From contig CATNEN010000003.1 of the NCBI GenBank assembly GCA_950097015.1, positions 15,376,001 to 15,440,000 of the forward strand: a stretch of DNA of 64,000 bases. Reading direction: 5' to 3'. The notes beneath the pieces were generated by a model, which had not been told where the DNA came from, ran no database searches, and saw only the letters and a list, made by a program, of their open reading frames with translations. The DNA is from Macrostomum hystrix (taxonomy: Eukaryota > Animalia > Platyhelminthes). The first letter of the stretch is position 1, and each line of letters starts with the position of its first letter. The position numbers were made by a program, and so were the translations under genes. This document shows positions 27,001 to 38,100 of the stretch, one piece after another.

Positions 27001-30000
27001 CTCTATCTACTCTCCCTATCTCTATCTACTCTCCCTATCTCTTTCTACTCGCCCTATCTCTATCTACTCTCCCTATCTCTATCTACTCGCCCTATCTCTA
27101 TCTACTCTCCCTACCTCTATCTACTCTCCCTACCTCTATCTACTCTCCCTACCTCTATCTACTCTCCCTACCTCTATCTACTCTCCTATCTCTATCTACT
27201 CGCCCTATCTCTTTCTACTCGCCCTATCTCTATCTACTCGCCCTATCTCTATCTACTCGCCCTATCTCTATCTACTCGCCCTATCTCTATCTACTCTCCC
27301 TATCTCTATCTACTCTCCCTATCTCTTTCTACTCGCCCTATCTCTATCTACTCTCCCTATCTCTATCTACTCTCCCTACCTCTATCTACTCTCCTATCTC
27401 TATCTACTCGCCCTATCTCTATCTGACTCTCCCATGTCTATATACTCTCCCATCTGTACTTTCTCATTCTAACAATCTAAAAGGTCATAGTCAAAAATGA
27501 GTGCTAGCAAAGTTAACGCAAAGAAAATTTATAAAAATCCAACAGACTTTCCCCCTCGGCATTCAAACAAAATACCTTGGGCGTGGCATTGAATTAGCTA
27601 TTTCTACATTTTATTGTCCTGGGAAAATATGACTAGTGAAGGCGGATTGTTTTTTCGGCAAACTAACTCACGTCTGGCTGTGGGTTATGGATCCTTAGAA
27701 AAATGTATTTTTTTTAACTGGTTTCGCTTGTTTAACAGTCGTTTAACAAATAAAACTCAGTATTTTTTCGGACAATATCTAAATTGTGCAGGCCGTTATC
27801 TAGGTCAACTAAAGTCGTATATATTTTAGACAATATAGCCTTTCTAGGAACTACTTTTCAATTATAGGATTGCTTCAAAGGTAACATACTTGATTAAGCT
27901 CGCTATTCTTCAGCTTACGTAATTTCCTGGAAAAAAATAAAAATTCGTGGAACTCTAGGATTAATCGGGATATTTTAAATGATGGGATTTTTGGAATGAT
28001 AAGATCATTGTAACTATGGGTCTTTAGAATTATGTGATCTTTCGAATGATGGGATCTTAAAAATATGGGATCTTTAGAACTATGGGATCTTTAGAACTAT
28101 GGGATCTTTAGAACTATGGGATCTTTAGAATTATGGGATATCTCTTTTATAAAAAAGTTGTTTTTCAACGTTCAGATTTCCTGGAAAAGGTTATTTACTG
28201 ACGTCTAATGTCTACAAAATTTCGAAATTAAATCTATTCGTTTAACTGAACAGGTTAAGATTCGAACTCACGACCTTATTCACAATCAGAGGTCCAACAA
28301 TGATTATCGACAAAGAGCACTCACGGTCAGCACAGGAATCAGTGGCGGATACTTCCTCCAGTTTTCGTCGCCATGGTCAGCGATCCGATGCTGCTGAGTG
28401 TCCCAGCGACCCCAGCACAGATCCAGGCCGCCGACAAACGCCAGCTTCTGATCTACAACAACCAGCTTCTCATGGTGCGCCCACAGAAACTCCCACGAGG
28501 ACAGATGGTCCGGGTGACGGAGAACGAAAATGTTTCGCTTATTCCTCTCTCGCAGCACAAGCTTAGTGTACCAGCTGTCAATCTTCAGTGTGTACTTCAC
28601 CTCCTTGTAGATTAGGATGAAGATTCGAACTCCGGCATCAGCGCGCCGCTGCAGGACGTTCATGAGCTGGTGATAGCCATCGTCAGGCCGTTTCAAATGC
28701 AGCTCCGGCGTCAGCCACCAATCGCAGATGAAAATCTCCTCCTTTGCTTGTTCGAGAGCGTCAAACACGTCAGCAAAATAGGTGGCTCCGTCCACGTACC
28801 ACTTGGCCGGGCAGTTGATGCGAGTCTGAGCGAAGCTGCCGAATTCTGGCCGAGTAGGCGGCGGCGTCGAAGCGTTGACAGCAGCCGCCGCTGCCGCAGC
28901 CGCATTTAACTGTCGCTGATGACTCTTGATTCGCTCCATCTCCAAGGCCAGCATTGGATAATCTGCGTAGTCGCAGTCGACAATCATTAGCCTATATAAG
29001 TTTAGGGGTTGGGTGACCGGTGAGGGGTGACTTGTCTGACAATCGCACCAAAAGTCCATGAGTTCGAATCCGCGGCAACATAAGTTTGGATTTTTTGATG
29101 GTTTTTTTTCAACATTTTTCGCTGACTCCTGAGCACACACGCACACAGATACTGTATGCAGGCACACACTCACACAGGTGTGTACACCTGCCCTGACTTT
29201 CTCATCGTCAGGCAGTGTACACTCTCACTGCACCTTGGAGGTTGGCCCTCAACGGCGTAAATAGCACGACAAGCCACCAAGCCTTCTCTCTGCGGCTGCG
29301 CCCCAAATGAATGTGGCCTCGCCGCGGAATCGAGCTCAGGGACCTTGGTGCGAGAGGCAAACTCGTTGACCGCTCTGCCACTCACCAGTTGCCATCCTGC
29401 AAATACTAGCTAATAACAATAAGCAGATTGTGTTAAACTCAGTTTTTTGGGTTTCAATTAAATAAAGCAGGTTTGTCAACAATCAACTCACATGCTAGAG
29501 TTCTTTAGCACAAAGCCAGATAAATAGTTTCGCATCGACGGGTCGAGGCCGTTAATTACAATAAAATTTGAGTCAAGAAGAAACACTTCAGTCACTTCCG
29601 ACATGTTGTCCTTCATAAATATGATGCTCATGTCTTTGACTACCATCCACCTGTGGATTTTTATGAAAAGCGGGTTCAGAGATTTCTAAGTCAAGCTGCA
29701 AATCAATCGCAAACTACTCTTAAATTGGTTCTTACAGGGTTCGTTTGCGTCTGAGCAAGCTACCGTGGCAGGCATGGCAACGCCTGAAGGCCGATTGCGA
29801 AGCGTAGCGCTGAATATAGACCCGAACCTCGGCCTCGCCACCCTTGCTGCCGATGCCGCGAACGAAAGACAGTCGAGAAACGCCGAGAAATTTCAACAGA
29901 TGCTGCGTCCTCTGCAGATTGTCTAATCTGTCTAAAATCTTGGTTAATTGCTCTTCAAATTTGGCGCGCTTGTGCTCGTCTGTTTCTAGGGCAACGGAAG

Positions 30001-30609
30001 ACGCGGCAGACATTGCGGAGGCTGGTCGAGGCGCCAGTGTGACAATTGCCTCACCAATGGATATTGGGGCAATGGAGTTTCCGCTCATAGACTATGTGGA
30101 ATTGGTGGCACGGGATACGGGGCTTTGCGATACGAAAGGTTTTCGTTTTCAATTGTCATCTCATGGACTCACCTGAACATGATCGCGTCGAGTCCTGGTA
30201 GCGGCCGCGGCCCCTGCGGTGGCTGTGGTTGTGCCCATGTGCGGCAGCAGACCGGAGGCCAGTAGAAGGGGATACAGCCGACGCCAGTGGCTCCACTTCC
30301 GGCTGACTGTCCAAGTAAAAATGCCGTGACTAAAAGTCACCTCGTAGCTGAGGTCCAGATTGAGCATGCGCTGAATGCCGCGTCGGAGCTGCTGCATTCG
30401 CCGCTTGGACAAGCTGCTGCCGGCCTGGTTCTGGGCCTCGCGAATGCGGAAAGTCAGCAGCTCGTCGGGTAGGAAAGGCCCAGCCCCGTCTGGCAGGCCG
30501 TAGCGGCTAGTGAATGGCAGACCGGTGGCTGGAACGTTCATCATTGTTGAGATGATTCTAAGGCCGTGCTCAATTTTGCTCATGGCATCCTGCAACGGTT
30601 GCTGGCTAA

Positions 30610-30656
<47 letters not shown>

Positions 30657-30826
30657 TGCTTTTCGCTAAGGCTTTCGGTTAGCATTAAAGAATTCTGCGC
30701 CTCGTTCAAGTTGAACAAGGAAGCGCCAACTGCTGTTGCTGTGCGAAGTTGGTGAGCTGCCATCGAGCTGTCGCTGATGTTGAGACTGTAGCAGTGAGGA
30801 TCTGTCTCTACATCCTCCATAGACAT
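12628..30826 (-). CDS. PLD1: Phospholipase D (PX-PH type, PLD1/2 family), ~1477 aa, 8 exons
   Basis: Exons 30826-30173, 30091-29736, 29650-29492, 28991-28325, 22693-22517, 21619-20820, 15212-15088, 14123-12628, phase consistent. Two HKD motifs (HHEKLVVVD, HSKLLIVD). Also KWYVDG, DWWLTPE, GGLDLCWGRWD, WKGKDY, PRMPWHD, YIENQFF, GSANINDRS and a C-terminal PLITWL. Confidence 0.93.
14180..15020. repeat. ~41-43-bp minisatellite in PLD intron 7
   Basis: Unit cgctacgtttcatgacacccatgagggccaacctcccaccc, ~20 copies. Confidence 0.95.
15950..16400. repeat. 21-bp purine-rich repeat
   Basis: Unit gagatgagattggagagagga. Confidence 0.9.
16844..16858. promoter_or_regulatory. X-box (RFX-site)-like imperfect palindrome in PLD intron 6
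   Basis: GTTGCCTATAGCAAC matches the GTTNCC-N-RGYAAC consensus. Confidence 0.35.
17040..17620. repeat. G-rich repeat (gggtgagaatggga)
   Basis: Directly visible. Confidence 0.9.
18235..18780. repeat. Degenerate GA-rich repeat
   Basis: Recurring gagataagaga(g/t)gagagagg. Confidence 0.85.
19220..20750. repeat. Homogeneous 30-bp minisatellite, ~51 copies
   Basis: Unit ccaagcttcacccacaaaccttcctgaagg. Confidence 0.97.
21950..22150. repeat. Degenerate ~17-bp C-rich repeat
   Basis: Unit ccgatacccacctcact. Confidence 0.85.
22790..24820. repeat. 30-bp minisatellite with higher-order structure
   Basis: Unit ggaagctgatcctgaggatctgggaagagt; a variant block ending gattgaaggcctaaat recurs 7 times. Confidence 0.97.
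25350..27440. repeat. 19-bp pyrimidine-rich minisatellite
   Basis: Unit cctctatctactctcccta, >100 copies. Confidence 0.97.
27980..28140. repeat. Short tandem repeat (tatgggatctttagaac)
   Basis: Directly visible. Confidence 0.85.
29118..29397 (-). mobile_element. tRNA-derived SINE, copy C (3'-truncated), in PLD intron 3
   Basis: Same A/B boxes and body; shares the 5' extension GATGGCAACTG with copy E. Confidence 0.88.
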
Positions 30827-32188
30827 CTTTCAGCTGGTTTTGTTGCTCAGCTGGCTTTTGTTGAAATCTTTACAGTTAAGTGAAGTCGTTAAGAATAACT
30901 GTCTTCTAAGCGACTGCTAATAAATATAAGGTTGTTGGTAAACTAGTTTATAGGCTTTTATTGGAACTGGTGGTGCTACTCGTAATATAACTGAAAGTTA
31001 GAAAAGAATTGATATGGTTGATTTGAGTTGGAATGTGAAATAAATGCATTTTAGATCCAACATACGAAGTCTAATAAAAGTTTCTAAAGACTCAAAAATT
31101 GCGAATAAATAAAATTCAGTAAGAGAAAACAAAAAAATAAGTAAACTTAAAAAATAAAATAAATACGTTTTAACTTATTCAATACTTTGCTAGTACAAGA
31201 TAAAAGAATAAAATTTTGTTTTGACAAATTGACACCGTAAGAAGAGACAAGCAAATGTGTCACAAAGCAAGGTAAAAAATGCAGTTTAAGTAGAGGCCTA
31301 AAGTACTGCACCCGACTAAAATTTTTTTTTCATAATTCTGAATAGAGAGCAAGTCGGCAGAATCCGCAATCCTAACTAAATTAAGCTTAAGAACATAAAT
31401 ATCAATTGTATAATGATTTTATATCAATGCTGTGGCAGTGGCAATTTGCTAACAATTAGGGGGGCCTAGCCCTTTTCGTTTTTTAAATATTCAATAAACT
31501 TAAGAATCAACTATAATAGCTAATGCCTTGGCTATAATATTGAAAATAGCTAATTTTAATAGGGCCTAAAATGGGCACTGGGTATCTAGGCATAGCTAAA
31601 TAGCCTGTCTGTAGAGCCACCTATATAGCTTGTTAAATAATTATTTTTAGCCATCTAGATCTAGCTAGGCCCTACTATCTAACACTAGGCCTAGCAAACA
31701 ATATATTAGCTTCACTCTCATTAATAAATAGCCAAGCCAATGTCTATTCTAGCTTTTCTTTTTTATTAGCTGACTAGCTATTTGCTACAATTAGGCCTAT
31801 TAATTATTTTATTCAAGTGGATCTACTATTACATCTACAAAGTATTACAGCTAGCTATACATAATGCTTACATTGATTTAGCAAACTGAAATGTGTTTCT
31901 TTAGGGCCTACTCTCTTCTCTCTACTTCTTTACTCTAGGATAATACTCTTAGTCTTAGGCCTACTGTTTGATAGTAATAATAGTCACATTATAGTCAGAT
32001 CAGCCCTAGGCCTAACATTATTACGAGTAGTTTATTAGAAACAAAATTCAAGTATCTAATAAAATACAGTATTCAAGGATAATAATTTGGTTTTTATTAC
32101 ATCAATTGACTAAACATTTAATTGATATAATTTAACAATTCATTTTCAGATTCCTATAAAAACTAGAAGTGAAAAGCTACAATAAAGA

Positions 32189-35100
32189 ATGTTAACTCTT
32201 AATGGCAACCTAATGAGAATTGGTAGTTGCAACAAAATGATCCTGAGAACTGGTATACCTGGTCTATTGAAGCTATTCCATTGTCAAATGAAGTTGTTTT
32301 GTCATCATAGTTCACTGTTGAAATATGAATTATTGAATCATCGATCTTTGCTTAGTGTGACGGGTTTGGATGCTAAAGCCTATCTACAGGGTCTAATCAC
32401 CAATGACTTGGGCTGTCTAGATAAATGTCAACGAGGTGCTGTTTACTCAATGCTACTCAATGCTCAGGTGAGAACTTTCTCGCTGATGCCTTCATGTAAG
32501 AGCATAAGTACAAACAGTAAAATATTAAATTTTAAGACTGTAAGTCTAGCAACTAGCAAATACTCTTTTAAAAGAAGGGTAGGTCTGCAGTCCCTGAAGG
32601 ATTGGATGAAGGGTAGGTCTGCAGTCCCTGAAGGATTGGATGAAGGGTAGGTCTGCAGTCCCTGAAGGATTGGATGAAGGGTAGGTCTGCAGTCCCTGAA
32701 GGATTGGATGAGGGGTAGGTCTGCAGTCCATGAAGGGTAGGTCTGAAGTCCCTGAAGGATTGGATGAAGGGTAGGTCTGCAGTCCCTGAAGGAATGGATG
32801 AAGGGTTCGTCTGCAGTGCCTGAAGGATTGGATGAAGGGTAGCTCTACAGTCCCTGAAGGATGGATGAAGGGTAGGTCTGCAGTCCTGAAGGTTAGGAGG
32901 AGGGGTAGGTCTGCAGTCCCTGAAGGATGGGATGAAGTGTAGGTCTGCAGTCCCTGAAGGTTTGGAGGAAGAGTAGGTCTGCAGTCCCTGAAGGTTAGGA
33001 GGAAGAGTAGGTCTGCAGTCCCTGAAGGATGGGAGGAAGGGTAGGTCTGTAGTCCCTGAAGGATTCGATGAAGGGTTCGTTTGCAGTCCCTGAAGGATTG
33101 GATGAAGGGTAGCTCTACAGTCCCTGAAGGATGGGAGGAAGAGTAGGTCTGCAGTCCTGAAGGTTAGGAGGAAGAGTAGGTCTGCAGTCCCTGAAGGTTT
33201 GGAGGAAAAGTAGGTCTGCAGTCCCTGAAGTATTGGATGAAGGGTAGGTCTGCAGTCCCTGAAGGATTGGATGAAGGGTAGGTCTGCAGTCCCTGAAGGA
33301 TTTGATGAAGGGTAGGTCTGCAGTCCCTGAAGGATTGGATGAAGGGTAGGTCTGCAGTCCCTGAAGGATTTGATGAAGAGTAGGTCTGCAGTCCCTGAAG
33401 GTTTGGAGGAAGAGTAGGTCTGCTGTCCCTGAAGGATGGGATGAAGAGTAGGTCTGCAGTCCCTGAAGGATGGGATGAAGAGTAGGTCTGCAGTCCCTGA
33501 AGGATGGGATGAAGAGTAGGTCTGCAGTCCCTGAAGGTTAGGAGGAAGAGTAGGTCTGCAGTCCCTGAAGGATGGGATGAAGAGTAGGTCTGCAGTCCCT
33601 GAAGGATGGGATGAAGAGTAGGTCTGCAGTCCCTGAAGGATGGGATGAAGAGTAGGTCTGCAGTCCCTGAAGGATGGGATGAAGAGTAGGTCTGCAGTCC
33701 CTGAAGCCTTCTATGATGAATAGCAATTCATTTATAAAGAATGCCTAATGACACTTCACAGGGCCGAGTCCTGTTCGATACAATAGTCTATGTGCGCACG
33801 AGTTCGACCCCAGCTGGCGACTCAAATCGTCAATACCTAATCGAAGCCGACGCTAGCCAAATAGCCGACCTAGCCAAGCATTTGAGGCGGTATCGGCTTA
33901 GGAAACGGGTTGAGATTGTCGAAGCTACAAATCATATGGCTGTGGCTGCACTGCTACCAGTTGATCCAGATGCTAGTAAGTTGTTGAACACCTCTACAGA
34001 ACATCTGAACTAGCCTCTAAAGTCATGAAAATCGTGGCATTTCTATTCTCTTTTTTAGCTTTACACTTTTTAATCTCTTCCGTCTCATTTCTCCCTGTCT
34101 CATCTCTCCCCTGTCTCATCTCTCCCCTGTCTCATCTCTCCCCTGCCTCATCTCTCCCCTGTCTCATCTCTCCTCTGTCTCATCTCTCCTCTGTGTTATG
34201 TCTCCCCTTTCTCATCTCCCCTGTCTCATCTCCCCCTGTCTCATCTCTCCCCTGTCTCATCTCTCTCTGTCCAATCTCTTCCTTGTCGGATCTCTCCCGT
34301 GTCTCATCTCTCCCCTGACTCATCTCTCCCCTGTCTCATCTCTCCCCTGTCTCATCTCTCCTCTGTCTCATCTCTCCCGTCTCATCTCTCCCCTGTCTCA
34401 TCTCTCCCCTGTCTCATCTCTCCCCTGTCTCATCTCTCCCCTGTCTCATCTCTCTCTGTCCAATCTCTTCCTTGTCGGATCTCTCCCGTGTCTCATCTCT
34501 CCCCTGACTCATCTCTCCCCTGTCTCATCTCTCCCCTGTCTCATCTCTCCCCTTTCTCATCTCTCCTCTGTCTCATCTCTCCCCTGTCTCATCTCTCCCC
34601 TGTCTCATCTCTCCTCTGTGTTATGTCTCCCCTGTCTCATCTCCCCTGTCTCATCTCCCCCTGTCTCATCTCCCCCTGCCTCATCTCTCCCCTGGTTCAT
34701 CTCTCCCCTGTCTCATCTCTCCCCTGTCTCATCTCTCCTCTGTCTCATCTCTCTCCTGTCTCATCTCTCCCCTGTCTTATCTCTCCTCTGTCTCATCTCT
34801 CCCCTGTCTCATCTCTCCTCTGTCTCATCTCTCCTCTGTCTCATCTCTCCCCTGTCTCATCTCTCCTCTGTGTTATGTCTCCCCTTTCTCATCTCCCCTG
34901 TCTCATCTCCCCCTGTCTCATCTCTCCCCCTGTCTCATCTTCCCCCTGTCTCATCAATCCCTGTCTCATCTCCCCCTGTCTCATCTATCTGTGAATCCAG
35001 TCAGTAGTAGTCAGAGCCTAGGACCCCTGGCTACTTGACTTACTTGACTTAGCTGCAGGGGGCATCTTCCGGATGCAGCGGGGAGGCGTTGCCGCCCATT

Positions 35101-38100
35101 CCGCTAGCCCCTGGCGACCACGGGCAACTAGAGCTGCGGTGTCGCGCAGGGGGATCCGGTGGTGCCGGCGTCCGCAGCGCGGTCCTCCTCCGGAGTGTCC
35201 AGGAGGTGGAGGGTTGCTCGCCCGGTGGCCCTCAGGTATCGGACGAGCTGGCAGATGTTCTCAGGCCTGAAAACGTCGGGGAGATCCGGGTTTGGGCCGA
35301 GATAGGTGAGCCGGTCCTGAGTGAAGGCGGGGCAGTCGCAAATAAAATGCTCTGCATCCTCAACATAGGAGAGGCAGAAGGGGCATTCCTCACTGCGGAT
35401 TTTGCCTTGCAGGAAGCGGTGCCTGGCGAAACAGCCATGGCCAGAGAGGGCCATGGTGACTGCCCTGATGTCCTTGCGGTTCAGTCCAAGCAAGGCTTTG
35501 CGAAGGGCAGTGGAGGGACAAGGGACAGCAGCGCGAGACTGCCGACAATCGGCGGTGTTGATCCATCTGTCCTTGTGCTTTGAGGTCACCCACTGGTTAA
35601 TCCGAGTGTTGACGACGGCGGTAGGGGTGGAGACCGCAGGCACGGGGCCAAAAAGCGAGCCCGTCGAACCGGCCTTGGCGAGGCTGTCGGCCAATTCGTT
35701 ACCAGGGTGGCCAGAGTGCCCTGGAATCCACCTTAGGGACACCTTGTTGTGGGTCCCTAAGCGGTTGAGTTGCGCGACGCAGTCGAGGACTGTGCGCGAG
35801 CAGGTGTGCGTGCGTCCAAGGGCATGGATCGCCGCCTGGCTGTCCGAGTGGAGGAAGATTTCCGCTCCATGGACGTTTTGGTTGATCAGCTCCAGGGCGC
35901 AGGAGCTGATGGCGAGAACTTCGTTCTGGAAGACGGTAGAGTTTATGCCGGTGTGCTGGGAGAAGGTCGCCAAAGTTTTCCCTCCGGACATAATGCAGTA
36001 GCCGAAACCAGAGATCGAGTTGATTTGCGATCCGTCGGTGAAGCAGTGAATTTCACGGGGTTGGCCGTGGTCACGTACTTCCTGTCGAGGCGGAATGCTG
36101 GTTTTGAATTTTTGCGGTGGGCACAGCGTCGACGGGATTCCGTCGGAGAGAATTTTGAGACCTCCTGCTGCGTCCAGGTCCCGTAGGCTGAGGTCGCCAT
36201 GGGGCTGGAGGTTCCGCTTGCTGAAGGCAAGTTGCTTCCGGATGGAGATACCCGCGTCCAGAAGACGACGAGCCGTCTTCATCGCCTCCCCCTTGATAAA
36301 AAGATCTAAAGGGGGAAGGTCCAGGAAGGCATTCATGCCAGCGAAGGGAGTGGAGGGTGCCGCACTCATGATGGCTCGACAAGCACGGCCCTGCACCTTG
36401 TTTAGGGCCTCCAGGACCCCTTTGGTCTCCAGGGCACTATTCCAAATGAAGCCGGCAAAAGAGATGGCCGGTCTTACAATGGTAGTGTAAATCCACCAGA
36501 GACGGCGGGGGGTGAGGCCCCAGGTGGCGCCGAAGGCTCTGCGAATCTGCGCGAGCGTCGCAAGAGCTTTACGGGTTTTGAATTTGACGTGAGGTGTCCA
36601 GCTCAACCTGTGGTCGAGGATGACACCTAAGCATCTGGTTTGCTTCTCCATGGCGATTGGTTTGTCATAGAGAAGGAGAGGCTCAATCCTCCAGTTTCGT
36701 TTGCTGGTGAACATAATGGCGACGGTCTTGGACTCAGAGAGTTTGAGGCCGCAGCCATTGGCCCAGCGCTCGGCACGGTGGATGAAAGCTTGCAGAAGGT
36801 CTCTAAGGACCGGGGGAGACGGTCCGGCCACGGTGGCGGTGACGTCGTCAGCATAGCCGATTTTTTGGACCGGGTCCGGGTCAGGGCTGCAGAGCAGTTC
36901 GTCCATGACAAGGTTCCAAAGGATCGGACTGAGAACGCCACCCTGCGGGCCTCCCTTCTGGACATTCACAGAACGGGAGTGTCCAAGCAGGTGCGAGGTG
37001 GCAGTTCGGTGAGAGATCATATACATGATCCAGCGGGTGAGGTGCTCGTGCGTAGCCCGGCGTTCCAGGGCTCGCCTAAAGGCTCCGAAGAGCACATTGT
37101 CGAAGGCACCATCAATGTCGAGGAAAAGCGAGAGAGCAAAACCGGTGCCAAGCACGGCGCGCTCCAGCTTGTCGACGATGGCATGCAGAGCACTTTCGAT
37201 GGAACGTCCGGATCGAAAGGCGTGCTGGTTGGCGGAGAGCGGGGAGTTCCTCAGCTCAACGTGAAGGAGGCGCCAAAGAACAAGCCTTTCAAGCAGCTTA
37301 AGAAAGAAAGATGTTAAGCTGATGGGGCGGAAGGCTTTGGCGGAGTGGTAGTCTCCCTTCCCAGGTTTGGGGATGAAGACGATAGTGGCTTCCTGCCAAG
37401 ACCTGGGTACGTACCCGAGGGTGATACAGGCCTTGAACAGGTTGCAAAGGAGGCCGAGGAACCTGTCATTTTTTACCGCTTCATGTAGGAAGGCGGGGTA
37501 AATGTTGTCAGGTCCAGGCGACTTAAAAGGCGAGAAGGAGTTAGCAGCGCGAGCTGTCCGTTCTCTAGTGATAATAGTTGTCGCAAGGATGTGCCCACCC
37601 GGAGTGTGGTCCGGCGGGTCCTGAAGCGGCGCAGTCTGGGGGAAGGCGCTGGCGAGCATGATGTCCAGCGATTCGCCAGGATTCTCAGCAAGCCGGCCGT
37701 CCGGTCTTTTGATCACTGAGAGCTTCGACATTTTGTCAAGAGTGAGCGCTTTTACAACGCGAGAAGTTGGGCGGGCGCCCTCCAGCTCGGAGCAGTATTG
37801 GCGCCACTTTTCGGACTTCGCTTTCCTGGTGTCACGCTTAAAGTCACGAATCGCATTCTGGTAGGCGGTCAGGTCAGCTTGGTCCTTGCTTTTCCGCGCA
37901 ATCCGCTGGAGGGATTTGGCCTTTCGCCGGAGGGTTCCAAGCGCTGGGTTCCACCAGGGAGCGGATTTTTTGCCTTTGTAGGCTTTAAGAGGGCAAGAGG
38001 TTTCATGAGCTGTCAAGATGGTCATGCTGAGTAGATCAGCCAGATCGTCCACTTCTTGACAGGTGGCAGGAACAACGGATTCTAACTGGTTGGTCTGGCG

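Noticed and set aside
29180-29225. Hammerhead-like CTGACGA...GAAA GTC in the SINE body
   Set aside because: Helix II and helix III are missing; the segment folds as a plain long hairpin.
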